64,000 nucleotides of DNA from Promethearchaeota archaeon (GCA_019058445.1 JAHPZA010000001.1:32001-96000); one strand, 5' to 3'; shown: positions 41,143 to 51,412, counted from the first letter of the stretch. A program made the numbers and translations. Notes: a model not told the origin generated them from the sequence alone.

Positions 41143-41733
41143 ATGTCGAAGATTTATTATATATATAAAAATCCTGTTTTTTGTATCTTAGAAAATGAAT
41201 TTGGGCTATCTATGATTGAGATAAAAATAAATGAATTTACCAGAAGATTTTTACTACTAATCAATTTTCTTGGGAATAACACAGCCAAAAATGAGAAATT
41301 TTTAAAAACAAAGAAAAGGTTTTTGAAATTATATTATTTATCAATGAATTCAAAAATTTTAGATAAAGTTTTAGAGATCTTATCAATAGAGAAAAGTGAA
41401 GATCAAGAAAGGTTTAGAAATAAGTTAAAGGATACTTTTTTTATATTTTTACATGGTGTATATTTAAAAAATTTCGCTAATAAAATTTCGGAATCAATTC
41501 GGCTTGATTTAATCAGAATTGAAAGAGATGGCAGGTCTTTTATTTATTATTTAACAAAAAAAGGATTAGAATTAGTAAAAAGTATCATAAAAGAAAATAA
41601 TTCTTCTACTCAAGAATATATATCTAATTTGAAAAAAATGAATCCTTTAAAAGAAATCTCTACAAAAATCATAACCAATATCATAGATAAATTAATAAAA
41701 AAAAAGACTAAAGAAATCGGAACAAGGGTTTAA
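41143..41733 (+). CDS. Winged-helix protein, possible ABC-3C/Lamassu middle component
   Basis: LIRIERDGRSFIYYLTKKGLELV wing motif; abuts the SMC-like gene. Confidence 0.5.
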   Translation: MSKIYYIYKNPVFCILENEFGLSMIEIKINEFTRRFLLLINFLGNNTAKNEKFLKTKKRFLKLYYLSMNSKILDKVLEILSIEKSEDQERFRNKLKDTFFIFLHGVYLKNFANKISESIRLDLIRIERDGRSFIYYLTKKGLELVKSIIKENNSSTQEYISNLKKMNPLKEISTKIITNIIDKLIKKKTKEIGTRV

Positions 41734-43743
41734 ATGTTAAAATATATGGTTAAAAGTAATTATTTAAAAATTAATAGAATTAAAATCGAAGGTATCTGGA
41801 CTTTAGACCATGAATTTAAAGGAGGATTAAATGCAGTTATAACAGCAAATAAACATGGAAAGACTACTTTGATTCAAACAATTTTAGCAGCTATTGGTTT
41901 TAGCGATAAAAGAAAAAATGAAGCTAAAAAAAATGCTAGTAAGGTCTATTTAGAACTTTTACTTAATGATAAACTAAAAACCATCGAGATGGACACTAAT
42001 GAAACAGATAAAGGTTATAAAACATATCTTTATTTGCAGGATAACGTGAATATTGATGGTTTTGATCAGAAAAAATCTAAAATGATATCAAGAAAAGATC
42101 TTAATGGATTGATTGAAAAAGAAATAGGATTAAATCCGTATATTTATCGCGACAAAGTAAATAAAAGATATCCATTAAATAATCTAAATCAATCTTATCG
42201 AGCTTTTTATTTAATGCAAGGAAAAGCTAATGAAATAATTTCTGATTATCAAGCACAAGATATTAGAAGGACAGTTACACAAAGTTTGTTAAGATCACCT
42301 AAAGAATCAAATGTTTTTGAGGATAAAAGTACGGACTATGGGAGTCAGATAAAAGAAAAGGATAAAGAAAAGGATGCTATAATTAGATCTACTAATAAGA
42401 AACAGCACCAAATAAAAGAATATGCGATTAATATAATTTCAGATAAAGAAAAAATTGAAGAAATAGATTTTAACAAGATTGAGTCAATTGAAAAGATAAT
42501 TATTGATATTGATTCTCAAATTAACGAGATTAGCAAAAATAAAAATGATTTAATTAATAAATTAAATGATATTTATGATAATGTGAAAAACCATGAGATT
42601 GTTCTAAAAATTGAGAAATTGGTAGAAGATCTTGATAATAATAAAAATCAAACCTTTAAGGAATCATTAATATTGGAGCAAGAAATTAATTCAATATCAA
42701 AAAAAATTCAATATTATCAAGAAGAAATAATTGAAATTAATAATAAATTAGATAAAAGAGATTATTCAATCCCACTAAGAGTTCATAATCCAACAAATAT
42801 TTGTGATAGATGTGGTCGAAAATTACCTACATCAAGAATAAATTTGGAAAAACAGACTCCTCCAAAATGTGCACTGTGCGGTCGTATAAGAGATGTTAAT
42901 CTCTTAAAGCCAGAAAAATTAAAAGATCGAAGAAAAATAATAGAAGAAACTTTGAATATTCAAAAAAATAAACTTAACCACAATGAAACAAAAAATAAAA
43001 AAGTACTTCAAAAAATATTAAAAATAAAAAATTCAATTGAAGAGAAAAAAAATGAAATTGAAAATTTAAGAAAAAATCTAACAAGGGAATCGACTAGTAA
43101 AATATTAGAAGAGTATAAGAAAATTGATGATGAATTAATCGATTGGAAAGAGAAAAAGATAAATGTATTTCAATACGCTGAAAACCTAAGAGAAATACCA
43201 AAACTCAATAAAGCCATTAGCAAATTAAGAAAGGAAAAAAAAGAATATGATGCTAAATTCAAATTTAAGGAAAAAATTAGAGAAGATTGGGAAAGAAATA
43301 TTCAATTCTTCATGAAAAAGGTAGGTTTTGAAGATGAAGGTGATAAAATAATCAAGTTAGATCCTAAAACTATGCTTCCAACTATAGATGGAAAGTCTTG
43401 GAAAAATGACCTTGTGGATAATGAAAAACATTTATATAATTTAGGTATGTATTATTCTTTTTTGAAATGCTCATTGATTCATCAAATAAAATATCCTCGT
43501 TTTATTGTGTGGGATTGCTGGAAAACAGGTGAATTAGATAAAGAAAAAGCTAAGCGAATAGGTAAAATATTAAAAGATCTTAATGAAAAATATAGTAATG
43601 ATTTTCAAATGATAATATTTACTGCTGACGAAATAATAGAAGGATATATACCGCCTGAAAATGTATTAAAGAGAAAATTTACAAAAGAAAAAGAAGAATA
43701 TTTATTTTTAGAAAAAGGTGTGATTAAATATTCCAAACCATAA
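41734..43743 (+). CDS. SMC/Rad50-like ABC ATPase with Zn hook (LmuB/ABC-3C-like)
   Basis: Walker A TANKHGKTT, Q-loop FYLMQG, coiled coil with CDRC...CALC, degenerate signature LVDNEK, Walker B FIVWD, ELD, FQMIIFT. Confidence 0.75.
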   Translation: MLKYMVKSNYLKINRIKIEGIWTLDHEFKGGLNAVITANKHGKTTLIQTILAAIGFSDKRKNEAKKNASKVYLELLLNDKLKTIEMDTNETDKGYKTYLYLQDNVNIDGFDQKKSKMISRKDLNGLIEKEIGLNPYIYRDKVNKRYPLNNLNQSYRAFYLMQGKANEIISDYQAQDIRRTVTQSLLRSPKESNVFEDKSTDYGSQIKEKDKEKDAIIRSTNKKQHQIKEYAINIISDKEKIEEIDFNKIESIEKIIIDIDSQINEISKNKNDLINKLNDIYDNVKNHEIVLKIEKLVEDLDNNKNQTFKESLILEQEINSISKKIQYYQEEIIEINNKLDKRDYSIPLRVHNPTNICDRCGRKLPTSRINLEKQTPPKCALCGRIRDVNLLKPEKLKDRRKIIEETLNIQKNKLNHNETKNKKVLQKILKIKNSIEEKKNEIENLRKNLTRESTSKILEEYKKIDDELIDWKEKKINVFQYAENLREIPKLNKAISKLRKEKKEYDAKFKFKEKIREDWERNIQFFMKKVGFEDEGDKIIKLDPKTMLPTIDGKSWKNDLVDNEKHLYNLGMYYSFLKCSLIHQIKYPRFIVWDCWKTGELDKEKAKRIGKILKDLNEKYSNDFQMIIFTADEIIEGYIPPENVLKRKFTKEKEEYLFLEKGVIKYSKP

Positions 43744-43831
43744 TAATAAAAATGAAATAAAATTAGATTACATCCCCGAAAAAATCACATTTAGAGAAAA
43801 GAACTCTTTTTGGATTTTAACTTCTTTTCTT

Positions 43832-44689
43832 ATGCTTCTTTCTTTGCTTTTACTAATCTTATCCATTCATTTCCACTCCAATTCTATGTTAAGTGAAATA
43901 TTAAGAGATTTAAATTCAGCTGTTATTATTTCAATAATTATTGGTTTAATTTTTATTAAAATCCCGGAATCTTATTTTTTAGCTCGTAATATTAGGTTAG
44001 TAGAGTTTTTAATCGAAATAAAAGAGTTCGAAAGTGCTGAGGCTATCATATTAGAATGCTTTAAAAAAAACCCAAATAAATCAAAACTTTTTGACCTTTA
44101 TGGTAGACTATTGATTGAAAAAAAAAATTTGACATTAGCTGAAAAAATTTTATTACGAGGGCTTGAAAAAAGTAATAAATATTCTCAACTGCATTATCAT
44201 CTTGCTATAATTTATCTCCTAACCGAAAACATAAAAAAAGCTAAAGAGCATAATGAATATGTTATAAAAAAATTCAGAAAAAATCCGAAAGCTTTACAAC
44301 AAAAAATTATAATACTATTTAAACAGGAGAAATATAGTGATATAATAAATTGTTATGAGATAAATCTTAAATATTTTGAAAAGAATGAAATTATTCACGA
44401 GGAAATTATAGCTTATACATTATTTAGTGCTGCTCAATTAAATGATCTTGAAAGATATAATAAACTCTTGGGGAAATTGAGTTTTGAGGATTTAAAAAAC
44501 AATCTCAACTCTTATAATATTCTTATTTCTAGCTATTTAATTGATGATAAACAAACAATGAAGAAGATGATAAATTATATAGATAAACATAATGTATATG
44601 AATATCTAACAAAAGAGCAGATTAGTAATATTAAAAAAATTGAAGAAGATATAAAAACAAATCCAATTATGAGAACTATTGAAATATAA
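43832..44689 (+). CDS. Membrane-anchored TPR protein
   Basis: Two N-terminal hydrophobic helices followed by TPR-like repeats. Confidence 0.6.
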   Translation: MLLSLLLLILSIHFHSNSMLSEILRDLNSAVIISIIIGLIFIKIPESYFLARNIRLVEFLIEIKEFESAEAIILECFKKNPNKSKLFDLYGRLLIEKKNLTLAEKILLRGLEKSNKYSQLHYHLAIIYLLTENIKKAKEHNEYVIKKFRKNPKALQQKIIILFKQEKYSDIINCYEINLKYFEKNEIIHEEIIAYTLFSAAQLNDLERYNKLLGKLSFEDLKNNLNSYNILISSYLIDDKQTMKKMINYIDKHNVYEYLTKEQISNIKKIEEDIKTNPIMRTIEI

Positions 44690-44870
44690 CTCCCATAATA
44701 TTAATTTCAAAAGGTTTGTGATAAGGTAATAGATTCTCACATAATTAAGAATAGCAAAAAACTGAAATTTCGTACTCTAATGGTTACTCATGAGATTAAT
44801 ACAAAAATTTAAAATTTATTCTTTGAGTTTTATTTTAGAATCTTAATTACATAACTTAAATTGAGATAAA

Positions 44871-45533
44871 ATGGATAAAGATTTAAAACAGGTTTTTATA
44901 AAACAATTAAAAGATGTAATCGAATTCTATGAAAAACCAGAGCGAAAAAGTAATAGGTTAGCAAGTAATATAATAACGAGAGCTAGAGCTGTAGTTGAAA
45001 GAATTACTGGTAAAAATTCAAATTATTATAAAAAAATTGACGAAGTTTTAAATCAATATCAAGTATATGAAGATAATTATACTAATAAACTTCAAACTAT
45101 AATGGGAACAGTTGATGCGTTACTTTTAGATTTAGAAGCAGATTACTTAAAATCGCTTACAGAATTAATCCATGATGATATCTTCTCAAATTATTTAGAA
45201 ATGGCAGAAGAATTTTTAAACGATGGTTTTAAAGATGCATCAGCGGTTATCGCAGGGAGCACTCTTGAAGAATATCTTAGGAAATTATGTAATAAGAATA
45301 ATATTGATGTAAAAATTATTTCTTCAGGTAAAGGAAAACCGAAACCAGCAAGTCAATTGAATCAAGAATTATATAAGAAAAATAAAATTAAGAAAGGTGA
45401 AATGATGCAAATCACTGCTTGGTTAGATATAAGAAATAATGCTGCACATGGCAAATATAATGAATACAATAGCCAACAAGTCGATTTAATGATAAAAGGT
45501 ATAAAAGTTTTTACTTCCAATAATCCAGCTTGA
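44871..45533 (+). CDS. HEPN (DUF4145-like) protein
   Basis: LEMAEEFL..GFKDASAVIAGSTLEEYLRKLC...WLDIRNNAAHG. Confidence 0.8.
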   Translation: MDKDLKQVFIKQLKDVIEFYEKPERKSNRLASNIITRARAVVERITGKNSNYYKKIDEVLNQYQVYEDNYTNKLQTIMGTVDALLLDLEADYLKSLTELIHDDIFSNYLEMAEEFLNDGFKDASAVIAGSTLEEYLRKLCNKNNIDVKIISSGKGKPKPASQLNQELYKKNKIKKGEMMQITAWLDIRNNAAHGKYNEYNSQQVDLMIKGIKVFTSNNPA

Positions 45534-45712
45534 ATTTGAAAAAAAGGATATTGATGAGGTTAAGGATGAGAACAGTATTCTTTTAATAGAAGAAAAATAA
45601 GGGATAATAAAAATGCTAAAGAATGAAAATTAAAGTGAAAGAGAATATTAAAACAGCATTATAAGCTATAAATATAAAAAGAACAAAAATAGCGAAAAAC
45701 AGCGAAAGACGA

Positions 45713-45868
45713 TTAGTGTGAATTTGAAGAGGATTTGTTTGCTTTTTCCTTTTCTTCTAAAAGTAAGAGAATTATGTTTACAGCTTCCGAGTACGTTTTA
45801 CATCCGTACTTTTCTTTAACCTTTTCTAACCTTTCCTTCACGTTTTCAGATACATCAATCGAAGGCAT
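45713..45868 (-). CDS. Small ribbon-helix-helix (CopG/VapB-like) regulator, 51 aa; not in the ORF track
   Basis: Hand translation MPSIDVSENVKERLEKVKEKYGCKTYSEAVNIILLLLEE...; divergent from the 46283 gene run. Confidence 0.7.
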   Translation of the reverse strand: MPSIDVSENVKERLEKVKEKYGCKTYSEAVNIILLLLEEKEKANKSSSNSH

Positions 45869-46282
45869 AATTATATCACAATAATAAAGTACCTAATTTA
45901 ATTTTACTTATTACGATTCTTATAATGATCAGAGAATTATTTAATTCTTTTTATAATAACTACCACACATTTTTCTGATTTATCTAAGAATACGTATGGT
46001 TTTTATTATTATATTAAGAATCAGCTTTTGATTATCTAAATAGTATTTTAATTAGATTACTAATGATTATAAAATAATCCATAATCTATATAAGAAGGGT
46101 TATGAAAATTGTCACAAGATTTAAATACTTATGTAATAATTATTAGACTATTGATAAAAATTTAATTCACGATTAAGTGAAGTTTTTGTCGGATAAAGGC
46201 ACAATTTAAAAGGTTTGAGGGAGTGTGAGAAGAATTTCAGCACGGGGTTATGTGAGAAATGAAACAAGAGGGGGATGTAGCA

Positions 46283-47083
46283 ATGTTTCCCAATAAAAAT
46301 CCAATAGTCAGTAGTGAGAGCAGGGGAATTGAAAAGCTACAATTTAATACTAAAGATTTTTTAGAAATAGATGAAAGGTATGAATCAGAAGTACAGCTTT
46401 ATTCAAAGAAAGTAGAGGTTTTAACCTCTCTACTATATCGAGCAATATCACTTTTGGAGTCACATCAATTACGGATAAACCCAACTCAAAAAATCTACAT
46501 AGAAACAGGAGTTCCTGCAATTAATCCCAAACTAAATACCCAATTAGCACAATTAAAGTTTTTTGAAGTCAATTCAACACTTACAAAACATATGTCAGCA
46601 TGGTTTAATCTAATTCAATTTTATTCGAGATGTTTATATACCTCTTATAATGACAAAAAATTTTTGCGAATGAAAGCTCAAACGTGGAACTCAGAGGTAA
46701 AAGACATGCACCCGCTTATGAACTTTTATTTAGGCGGACAATTCGGAGAACGAGTAAAAAACGAGGTTAGAATTTCAGATGGTATGGTAGATCACGTAGT
46801 TGATGGGATTCCGATTGAAGATAAATTGCTCAAGAAGTCCAAACACGAAGATATTGAATTAGTTATCTCTGAATTATTCCATGAACATTTAGATCAAGTC
46901 AATAGACAATCGGGGATTAGCGGATTTTCCATTTTATGCGTGGTAGATATACGCACCGATGTCAAACAGAATAGAATTAAGAGTTCTCCGTTAGCAAAAT
47001 GTTTTCGGATTTTTTTTGAGAATAATTGTTGGTATGCCACTTTTGTATTTCAGGCGTTTACCAAATCCCCCTCACAAATTTAA
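46283..47083 (+). CDS. Putative PD-(D/E)xK nuclease
   Basis: NEVRISDGMVDHVVDGIPIEDK (E...D...ExK); SD-like GAGGGGG before ATG 46283. Confidence 0.55.
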   Translation: MFPNKNPIVSSESRGIEKLQFNTKDFLEIDERYESEVQLYSKKVEVLTSLLYRAISLLESHQLRINPTQKIYIETGVPAINPKLNTQLAQLKFFEVNSTLTKHMSAWFNLIQFYSRCLYTSYNDKKFLRMKAQTWNSEVKDMHPLMNFYLGGQFGERVKNEVRISDGMVDHVVDGIPIEDKLLKKSKHEDIELVISELFHEHLDQVNRQSGISGFSILCVVDIRTDVKQNRIKSSPLAKCFRIFFENNCWYATFVFQAFTKSPSQI

Positions 47084-47105
47084 AAATAACGGTAAGGATA
47101 GAAAA

Positions 47106-47435
47106 ATGCATTTAAGTATATTAGGAGAATTACCACCGCCCAAGAAAGAAAAAAAAGAGGAAAAACACAAAATCGCCGAAATTTTTAAACAATTTGCGAT
47201 ATGCATTCGGGGCACAATTGCTAACAAATATACCTTCGCAGAATTAGAAGCAATGGCGTTAGAACAGGCAATAAGGGTAAACAGAATAAAAGAAGAAATG
47301 TTAGATGCGGGGAAGAATAGATTATACCGTTCTATTTCTCGTCTTACCAGAAGAGTAAATAGGTATAGAAGAAAGAGAAGTATATTAAGAAATGAAAGAA
47401 AAAGAATGAGGAGATTAAAGAGTAGTGTATTATAA
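47106..47435 (+). CDS. Basic hypothetical protein
   Basis: Arg/Lys-rich C-terminus. Start set at MHLS. Confidence 0.5.
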   Translation: MHLSILGELPPPKKEKKEEKHKIAEIFKQFAICIRGTIANKYTFAELEAMALEQAIRVNRIKEEMLDAGKNRLYRSISRLTRRVNRYRRKRSILRNERKRMRRLKSSVL

Positions 47436-47655
47436 AGATAAAAGATCTAAATTCAGAGCAAGACTATCAATTAAACGAGCTAAAAAGCGTGAGTGGGAAC
47501 AGAAATTAGATTTTATTATTCAAGTCGTAGTTATAGGTGGGCAATCGTGTAATCCGATTTTGGTCGAAGAATTGATAAATGAAATAAAAACTGTAAATTT
47601 GGAGGGAAAAGAAAGGATTATCGAGGATTTGAAAATAATACTTCTCGATTTATGA
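47425..47655 (+). CDS. Hypothetical protein
   Basis: 76 aa; overlaps the previous stop codon. Confidence 0.45.
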   Translation: MYYKDKRSKFRARLSIKRAKKREWEQKLDFIIQVVVIGGQSCNPILVEELINEIKTVNLEGKERIIEDLKIILLDL

Positions 47656-47806
47656 TACTACCATATTATTAACAGGCGGGGAAGGTAAAGAGTTGCTCAA
47701 ACTAAGTTTCTTATATTCGCAAGATATTAAAGAGCGGGGTAGCCTCTTTATCCCTAAAGCCGAATGTAATAAAAAATAAAAAGAGGGTATATGTAGAATA
47801 TCTAAA

Positions 47807-48385
47807 ATGACCGATTTTACCGATTCAATGGAGTTTTTTGTAGTATATCTTATAGTGAGCTTAATTTTATTCGGATTAGCTATTTTCTTCTACATTACCT
47901 ATAAGAAAGGACACGAATGGAGGGGATTAAAAGTTATCATTTGTATCCTAATTGCTATATCTCTAATATTTTACATGGTAAGCTCATTTACCAATTTAGA
48001 GGGAACACAGATCCCACCGAGAGCAGATTTTAAATTTGTATTTACCATGACTTTTTTCTTTCTATTGTTAATTTCCGTCTATTTGTTTCTTTCTTTATTT
48101 TTCAAAGAAGATGATAATTACTATTCGGAGCAGGAAGATGATACAGAAGAAAGTGAAATGGAAGATATAGAATATACGCATAAAATTAACTCTCATACAA
48201 TATCGTTTGAGCCGAATTATGAGGGTGAGAACAGTATTGAAAACAAATTTTACCCAGAAAGCGAACAATACAGATTTACCGCAAATAAAGAAGATCTCTC
48301 TAAAGACAAGGATTTACAGGAGTTAGAACAATTTGTGAATACTCTATTTGAGAAGCAAAAAAGAGGGAAAACAGATGACAATTGA
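47807..48385 (+). CDS. 3-TM membrane protein with acidic C-terminus
   Basis: Three hydrophobic helices, then an acidic linker. Confidence 0.6.
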   Translation: MTDFTDSMEFFVVYLIVSLILFGLAIFFYITYKKGHEWRGLKVIICILIAISLIFYMVSSFTNLEGTQIPPRADFKFVFTMTFFFLLLISVYLFLSLFFKEDDNYYSEQEDDTEESEMEDIEYTHKINSHTISFEPNYEGENSIENKFYPESEQYRFTANKEDLSKDKDLQELEQFVNTLFEKQKRGKTDDN

Positions 48386-48695
48386 TATAAGAGTAAGAAA
48401 TTTGGAAGACACATTATACGCAATTAATTTATTCATTGATAAACACATTTCTTATATAAATACCAGAAAAGTAAGGAAGTATTTAAATGTAGATTCGTCT
48501 AACAGGTCAAAGATTAACTTTATAGGGCGTTCTCTCCAATTTTTACAAAAGAAAGGGATATTAGAAGAAGTACATCGGAGTAAAACCATTCATTATAAGC
48601 TATTAAGGAAGGAGAAAATAGATATACAAGAATTTATCGAACAAATGGAAATACATACATCCTCTACAAAAAAGAAATTATTTTTAAAAAATTAG
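48375..48695 (+). CDS. Winged-helix DNA-binding protein
   Basis: INTRKVRKYL...IGRSLQFLQKKGILEEV....IHYKL. Confidence 0.55.
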   Translation: MTIDIRVRNLEDTLYAINLFIDKHISYINTRKVRKYLNVDSSNRSKINFIGRSLQFLQKKGILEEVHRSKTIHYKLLRKEKIDIQEFIEQMEIHTSSTKKKLFLKN

Positions 48696-48714
48696 TAGGA
48701 AGGAATTAAAAAAT

Positions 48715-49122
48715 ATGTTTGAGCAAAAAGTATTAGTAAGGATTTTAAACTGCACTAAGTTTGATTTGAGGGAAATTGAGAATTTTTGTATCAAATTCAA
48801 GAAAAAATACGGAGAGGATGTATTTGGTAAACTCATAAGTGATTTATACGAGATACGACATACATTTTTCCATTATAACAATACCATGAATGAGCTATGG
48901 TATTATCTACTCTGTCACGTTGTTAAAAAGTATATCGAGCCACAGGGAATTAAGTATTGTTATGATGAGTTTTGCGATCTGAAAGAGAACTTTACTAATC
49001 CTACATTTCGATTCAAATACTCGGATTTTAAAGATTTGGAATTGGAATTTATGAGAGCAGGGGTAAATACTAACGTTTTGCATAAATTAATTAATGATTT
49101 AAATTATTTTTTAGAACGATGA
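48715..49122 (+). CDS. Hypothetical protein
   Basis: 135-aa ORF with an AGGAAGGA SD-like sequence upstream. Confidence 0.5.
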   Translation: MFEQKVLVRILNCTKFDLREIENFCIKFKKKYGEDVFGKLISDLYEIRHTFFHYNNTMNELWYYLLCHVVKKYIEPQGIKYCYDEFCDLKENFTNPTFRFKYSDFKDLELEFMRAGVNTNVLHKLINDLNYFLER

Positions 49123-49175
49123 TAAGATATAGGATTGAATAGAATCCAATTAAAAATTTAAAAAGGTAATAACTA

Positions 49176-49952
49176 TTGATAGAAGACCAAATTAATTATA
49201 ATACTGAACAGGACAAGAATATCATTTTTAAAGATGTTATGCTCATTAATATTACCGTATCCGATTATCAGTCAATAACTCTCAGGCATAAAAAATTATC
49301 ATCCGAGAAGGAAAAAATAATGATAAACAGGGCATTAGATTTTGCGATGGATGTGTCAGACAAAGATTTTAGAGATGAGTCGGTAATTCATATCGTAAAG
49401 CCACGAGTAGAGGCAGATTTTTTTATGAAAATGGGGTTTGCTCATTTTTCGAGTGCTTCTGACCTATGCATTTATATAAAGTGTCAAAGTCTTGCTCGGT
49501 TTGAATTTTGGTGTAAAATCATCAGATCTTTTATCATAGATATTCGTTTTAAAACTATTTTCTTGGATTGGGGATATTCGGAACAGCTAAGAATCGAGGA
49601 TGTAAAAAATGAACTTGGTGATTGTATCCCTTATCTCAATACCCAATTTGAAATTGATACGTGCGAAATTGATTTTGATATTTCCGATGATTCAGACGAT
49701 ATACCCGAATACCTAAAAACCAAGCTAGATAACGATCCCGCATTAAGAGAATTTACTGAGGATTTTGCGTACTGTCCTATCTGCGGAGATGAGAATGATA
49801 TAGAAATGCTTGTGGAAGTTTACGAGGCAGATAAATCACTATTTAAAGAAAAGCGTGATAAGTTGTGTGAGTTAAAAAACCTTGATGCTGTTAGAGGAAT
49901 ACCCATCAAAATCGGGATTCCTTGTTGCGGGTGCTTCTACAACATTTTTTAA
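49176..49952 (+). CDS. Hypothetical protein with C-terminal Zn finger
   Basis: CPICG...CCGC. Confidence 0.5.
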   Translation: MIEDQINYNTEQDKNIIFKDVMLINITVSDYQSITLRHKKLSSEKEKIMINRALDFAMDVSDKDFRDESVIHIVKPRVEADFFMKMGFAHFSSASDLCIYIKCQSLARFEFWCKIIRSFIIDIRFKTIFLDWGYSEQLRIEDVKNELGDCIPYLNTQFEIDTCEIDFDISDDSDDIPEYLKTKLDNDPALREFTEDFAYCPICGDENDIEMLVEVYEADKSLFKEKRDKLCELKNLDAVRGIPIKIGIPCCGCFYNIF

Positions 49953-50122
49953 TGACTAAATGATAATTAATTTTTTGAATAAAACATTTTTAAATAACCA
50001 TTTCTAATGAGGAGAATAGGAATATTTACACACAAATTTTGAAAAATGATCAATAGAAAATATTATAAAAAATCGCTTTTCACCTTAAATTAAAAATATT
50101 ATAATGAGGTGTAAGAAAAAGT

Positions 50123-50362
50123 ATGAATAATGAAGACCAAAGAAATAAAAGCAATGATAATAAAAAGAACAACTCTATCGATGAGGAAGAACTTAAAGAA
50201 TTAATTCGGGAAGTTCTTTGTGAAGATTTCGGGATGTGTTCCATAGATCAAAAAATTGAACTATTAGACAAGCCAAAACATTATACGGGCATTATTGGAA
50301 GCAATCATTTTGAAGAAATCACAGAAGAAGAATTTAATCGAAGAAGTAAATCCAAACAGTAA
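50123..50362 (+). CDS. Hypothetical protein
   Basis: 79 aa; GAGGTG SD upstream. Confidence 0.45.
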   Translation: MNNEDQRNKSNDNKKNNSIDEEELKELIREVLCEDFGMCSIDQKIELLDKPKHYTGIIGSNHFEEITEEEFNRRSKSKQ

Positions 50363-50394
50363 AATTCCAAGATGATATTCAACAAAATTTTATG

Positions 50395-50448
50395 GACTTC
50401 AAAGTATAGACTTTAAAGTAAATCAGAAAATATGTGGACTTTGAAGTC
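50395..50448. repeat. Three quasi-palindromic 11-12-mers GACTTYRAAGT
   Basis: GACTTCAAAGT 50395, GACTTTAAAGT 50409, GACTTTGAAGTC 50437. Confidence 0.55.
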
Positions 50449-50671
50449 AACAAACTTGAGGAATACTTTATAGATCTATAAAATGTTTGATATATTTAAA
50501 GAAAAAATGTTATGGCATACATTTAAAAAGAGATTTTACTATAAAATAGGTAGAGGATTTTGAAATTTGTAATAGACTTGTTGATTGCTCACAATGAAAT
50601 TTCGTTTTAAAAAAATCTTGTTGGCAAACATTTATAAATACCCAATATAAAAATAAGGTTTGATATAGCTT

Positions 50672-51010
50672 ATGGAACGAGAAAACTTTTCACTATATGG
50701 TAATGGAGATTTGCTAACATCTCATAGATATCTTGTTTCAAACCTAAGTTTTAAAGCAAGAAACGGTATAGCTACAATCAATTTACCTTTCAGTAAAAAG
50801 TTTCATTTACGGCATAAAACACAAATCGTTCCGTTGAGTTTATCTATGATGGAGTTAAACTCCAATGAGTATAAACTATTTGAGGCATTTTCACTTTTTA
50901 GGTATCAACAAGTAGATCTAAATTTTTTTGAATATAAGTCTATACTTTTTTGGTATCAAAATTTGAAAGACGAGCAAAAGTTTATAAAGACATTGGTATT
51001 TAGGAATTGA
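50672..51010 (+). CDS. Hypothetical protein
   Basis: 112-aa ORF downstream of a TTTATAAA box. Confidence 0.4.
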   Translation: MERENFSLYGNGDLLTSHRYLVSNLSFKARNGIATINLPFSKKFHLRHKTQIVPLSLSMMELNSNEYKLFEAFSLFRYQQVDLNFFEYKSILFWYQNLKDEQKFIKTLVFRN

Positions 51011-51077
51011 ATATAAGAATAAAATTTAATTAAAAATAGCTATAAAAATATTAAAATTATAATGTGAGGGATGTAAA

Positions 51078-51392
51078 ATGTATGATAATGATAATAAAAA
51101 TAGTAAAAAGTCTAAAATTGCTAGAGTTTTAGCAGAAATAAAAGTTATTATAAGGAAAAATAAAGATTTAGGACTTTCCGAAGAGCTAATAAGGAAGCAG
51201 AATGCAAGCGACTGTTTCATTCTAGATTATCTCCGAGGCGAGAATGTTGAGTTTGAAAGCGTGGAGGAAGTTAATCAGACCGTAGAGGATCTTCGTGTCA
51301 TACTCTCTGAGGAAATTATAAGATATAAACCAGAAGGACAAATTAATAAGCTTCCTCATTGCGATTATGATCCAACTAAAATTAAACGTTAG
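51078..51392 (+). CDS. Hypothetical protein
   Basis: 104 aa; GAGGG SD; directly upstream of the 932-aa gene. Confidence 0.5.
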   Translation: MYDNDNKNSKKSKIARVLAEIKVIIRKNKDLGLSEELIRKQNASDCFILDYLRGENVEFESVEEVNQTVEDLRVILSEEIIRYKPEGQINKLPHCDYDPTKIKR

Positions 51393-51412
51393 TACGGAAA
51401 GAGAGTGATATA

